NCBI GenBank assembly: GCA_002479255.1
Contig: DLMJ01000030.1
Coordinates: 41,501 to 105,500 of the forward strand
Origin: Candidatus Binatus soli
GTDB taxonomy: Bacteria > Desulfobacterota > Binatia > Binatales > Binataceae
Length of the DNA stretch: 64,000 nt
Direction: 5' to 3'
Made by a program: the position numbers and the translations under genes. The notes under the pieces were generated by a model, which searched no databases, was not told the origin of the DNA, and worked only from the letters and a program-made list of their open reading frames with translations. Positions 62,734-64,000 of the stretch are shown one piece after another. The stretch's first letter is position 1; each line of letters opens with the position of its first letter.

Positions 62734-63807
62734 CTACCGGTTGAAGGCCGCCGCCAGATTGCGGCTGCCGTCCTTCGATGCCGTCACTTGTTCGAGCCTG
62801 GAAAGGCGCTCCTCGAACGCGGTCCGCATCGCCAGCTCCCGTTCGCGGCTGGCCTTCAGCTCGGCGGCCTGCCGACGCATCGAGGCTTTCATATCCGCCA
62901 TCTGCGCGGCCTGCTTCTGAAGCTCGTTGAGCAGCATCGAGGTGTCCGCCGATTTGGACACTCCGCACCCGAGCTTGCCGGTGCTGTCAACCAATACGGT
63001 GCAGTGCTTGGTTCCGACCTTTTCTTTGTAGATGCCGGCGACGTGGGTGTCGGTCTGTGTGCCCTGCACGCCGATCCGAATGGTGTCGGACTCGGCCACG
63101 ACGCCTTCGTTGCCGATATCTATATTGTTGCTTCCGGTGATGAGATTGGTGCCTGCGTTATAGCCAATGCCGATGTTGCCGATGCCCGTGGTGTTGCTGT
63201 AGAGAGCGGCAACTCCAGCGGCAGTATTTTCGGTGCCCGTGGTGTTCCAGTAGAGGGCGTTCTCCCCGGTGGCGGTATTATAGTCGCCCGTGGTGTTCTG
63301 AACGAGGGCGCTCAACCCGGTGGCGGTATTATAGTCGCCCGAGACGTTGCTCTGGAGGGCGTTCACCCCGGTGGCAGTATTATAGTCGCCCGTGCCGTTG
63401 CCGACGAGGGCTGCCGCTCCGGTGGCGGTATTTTCGCGGCCCGTGGTGTTCCAGTAGAGGGCGAACACCCCGGTGGCGGTATTTTCGTAGCCTGTGGTGT
63501 TGGTGTAGAGGGCGGACACCCCGGCTGCGGTATTAGCCCCGCCCGCGGTGTTGGCGCTGAGGGCGCCAACCCCGGTGGCGGTATTTTCGTAGCCAGTGGT
63601 GTTCTGAACGAGGGTGCTCGATCCGGTGGCGGTATTTGCGTAACTGCCGCTGCTGGTGTTGGTCAGTGGCGTGCAGGTACCACCAATGGTCGCGTTTAGT
63701 CCGGCGCAGGTGTCGGTTCCCGGCTCCGCCGCAGCGATGCCCGCGCTCGCGAGCACAATGAGCAAAGCGGCTACTATGCAAGAGTAAAAACTCGTAGCTG
63801 TTTTCAT
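62734..63807 (-). CDS. Secreted 14-residue-repeat (NTATG..AL..NTTG) fibre/adhesin-like protein with coiled-coil tail
   Basis: Signal peptide, tandem 42-bp repeats, GSNNIDIGN..IRIG, MLLNELQKQ. Confidence 0.85.
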   Translation of the reverse strand: MKTATSFYSCIVAALLIVLASAGIAAAEPGTDTCAGLNATIGGTCTPLTNTSSGSYANTATGSSTLVQNTTGYENTATGVGALSANTAGGANTAAGVSALYTNTTGYENTATGVFALYWNTTGRENTATGAAALVGNGTGDYNTATGVNALQSNVSGDYNTATGLSALVQNTTGDYNTATGENALYWNTTGTENTAAGVAALYSNTTGIGNIGIGYNAGTNLITGSNNIDIGNEGVVAESDTIRIGVQGTQTDTHVAGIYKEKVGTKHCTVLVDSTGKLGCGVSKSADTSMLLNELQKQAAQMADMKASMRRQAAELKASRERELAMRTAFEERLSRLEQVTASKDGSRNLAAAFNR

Positions 63808-63877
63808 TAGATTATTCCGCCTCCAGAATCGCCCCGACCTTGGGCGACACAGCCATTCAGCGCGCTCCGGGGTTTTT

Positions 63878-63953
<76 letters not shown>

Positions 63954-63985
63954 ACCGTCGAAGCACGCTTACCTAGCAGGATGTT

Positions 63986-64000
63986 TGGGGTGAGTGAAGG
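63986..64000 (-). tRNA. Probable 3' end of a tRNA-His (cut by window edge)
   Basis: Minus strand ...CCTTCACTCACCCCA: CCA end with C discriminator, tandem to tRNA-Lys; only 15 nt visible. Confidence 0.5.

Noticed and set aside
63190-63640. 42-bp periodic repeats
   Set aside because: Coding 14-aa repeats, not a CRISPR array

Overview
High-GC bacterial chromosomal window with no rRNA or CRISPR array; the gene content suggests a Binatota/Deltaproteobacteria-like lineage (inference only). 1-27 kb is mostly metabolic: ppk1 (partial), argE, a TonB/ExbBD/TBDR operon headed by a CxxC+RAPP leader ORF, a polyphosphate cluster (ppx, two thymidylate-kinase-like genes, CHAD, sixA), MFS and ABC transporters, an LvaAB-like kinase pair and mtnA. 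27.9-32.9 kb holds two secreted beta-propeller proteins that share an upstream leader and a near-identical C-terminal module. 36-44 kb holds a xanthine-dehydrogenase-family Mo enzyme, a toxin-antitoxin (TA) hotspot and an APH kinase/acyl-CoA dehydrogenase pair. 44.5-60 kb is a dormancy/repair-type cluster (DksA/TraR, BON, PRTase-hydrolase, PolX, archease-RtcB, Prs, PncB, HPF-CSD). It is interrupted by an intact IS1595 element with passenger genes and by an AT-richer three-gene operon (COMMD-like, helical protein, papain-like), which is my best candidate for an undescribed system. The window ends with an integrase-less islet bounded by a duplicated tRNA-Lys 3' half. All family calls come from motif recognition by eye; no searches were run.
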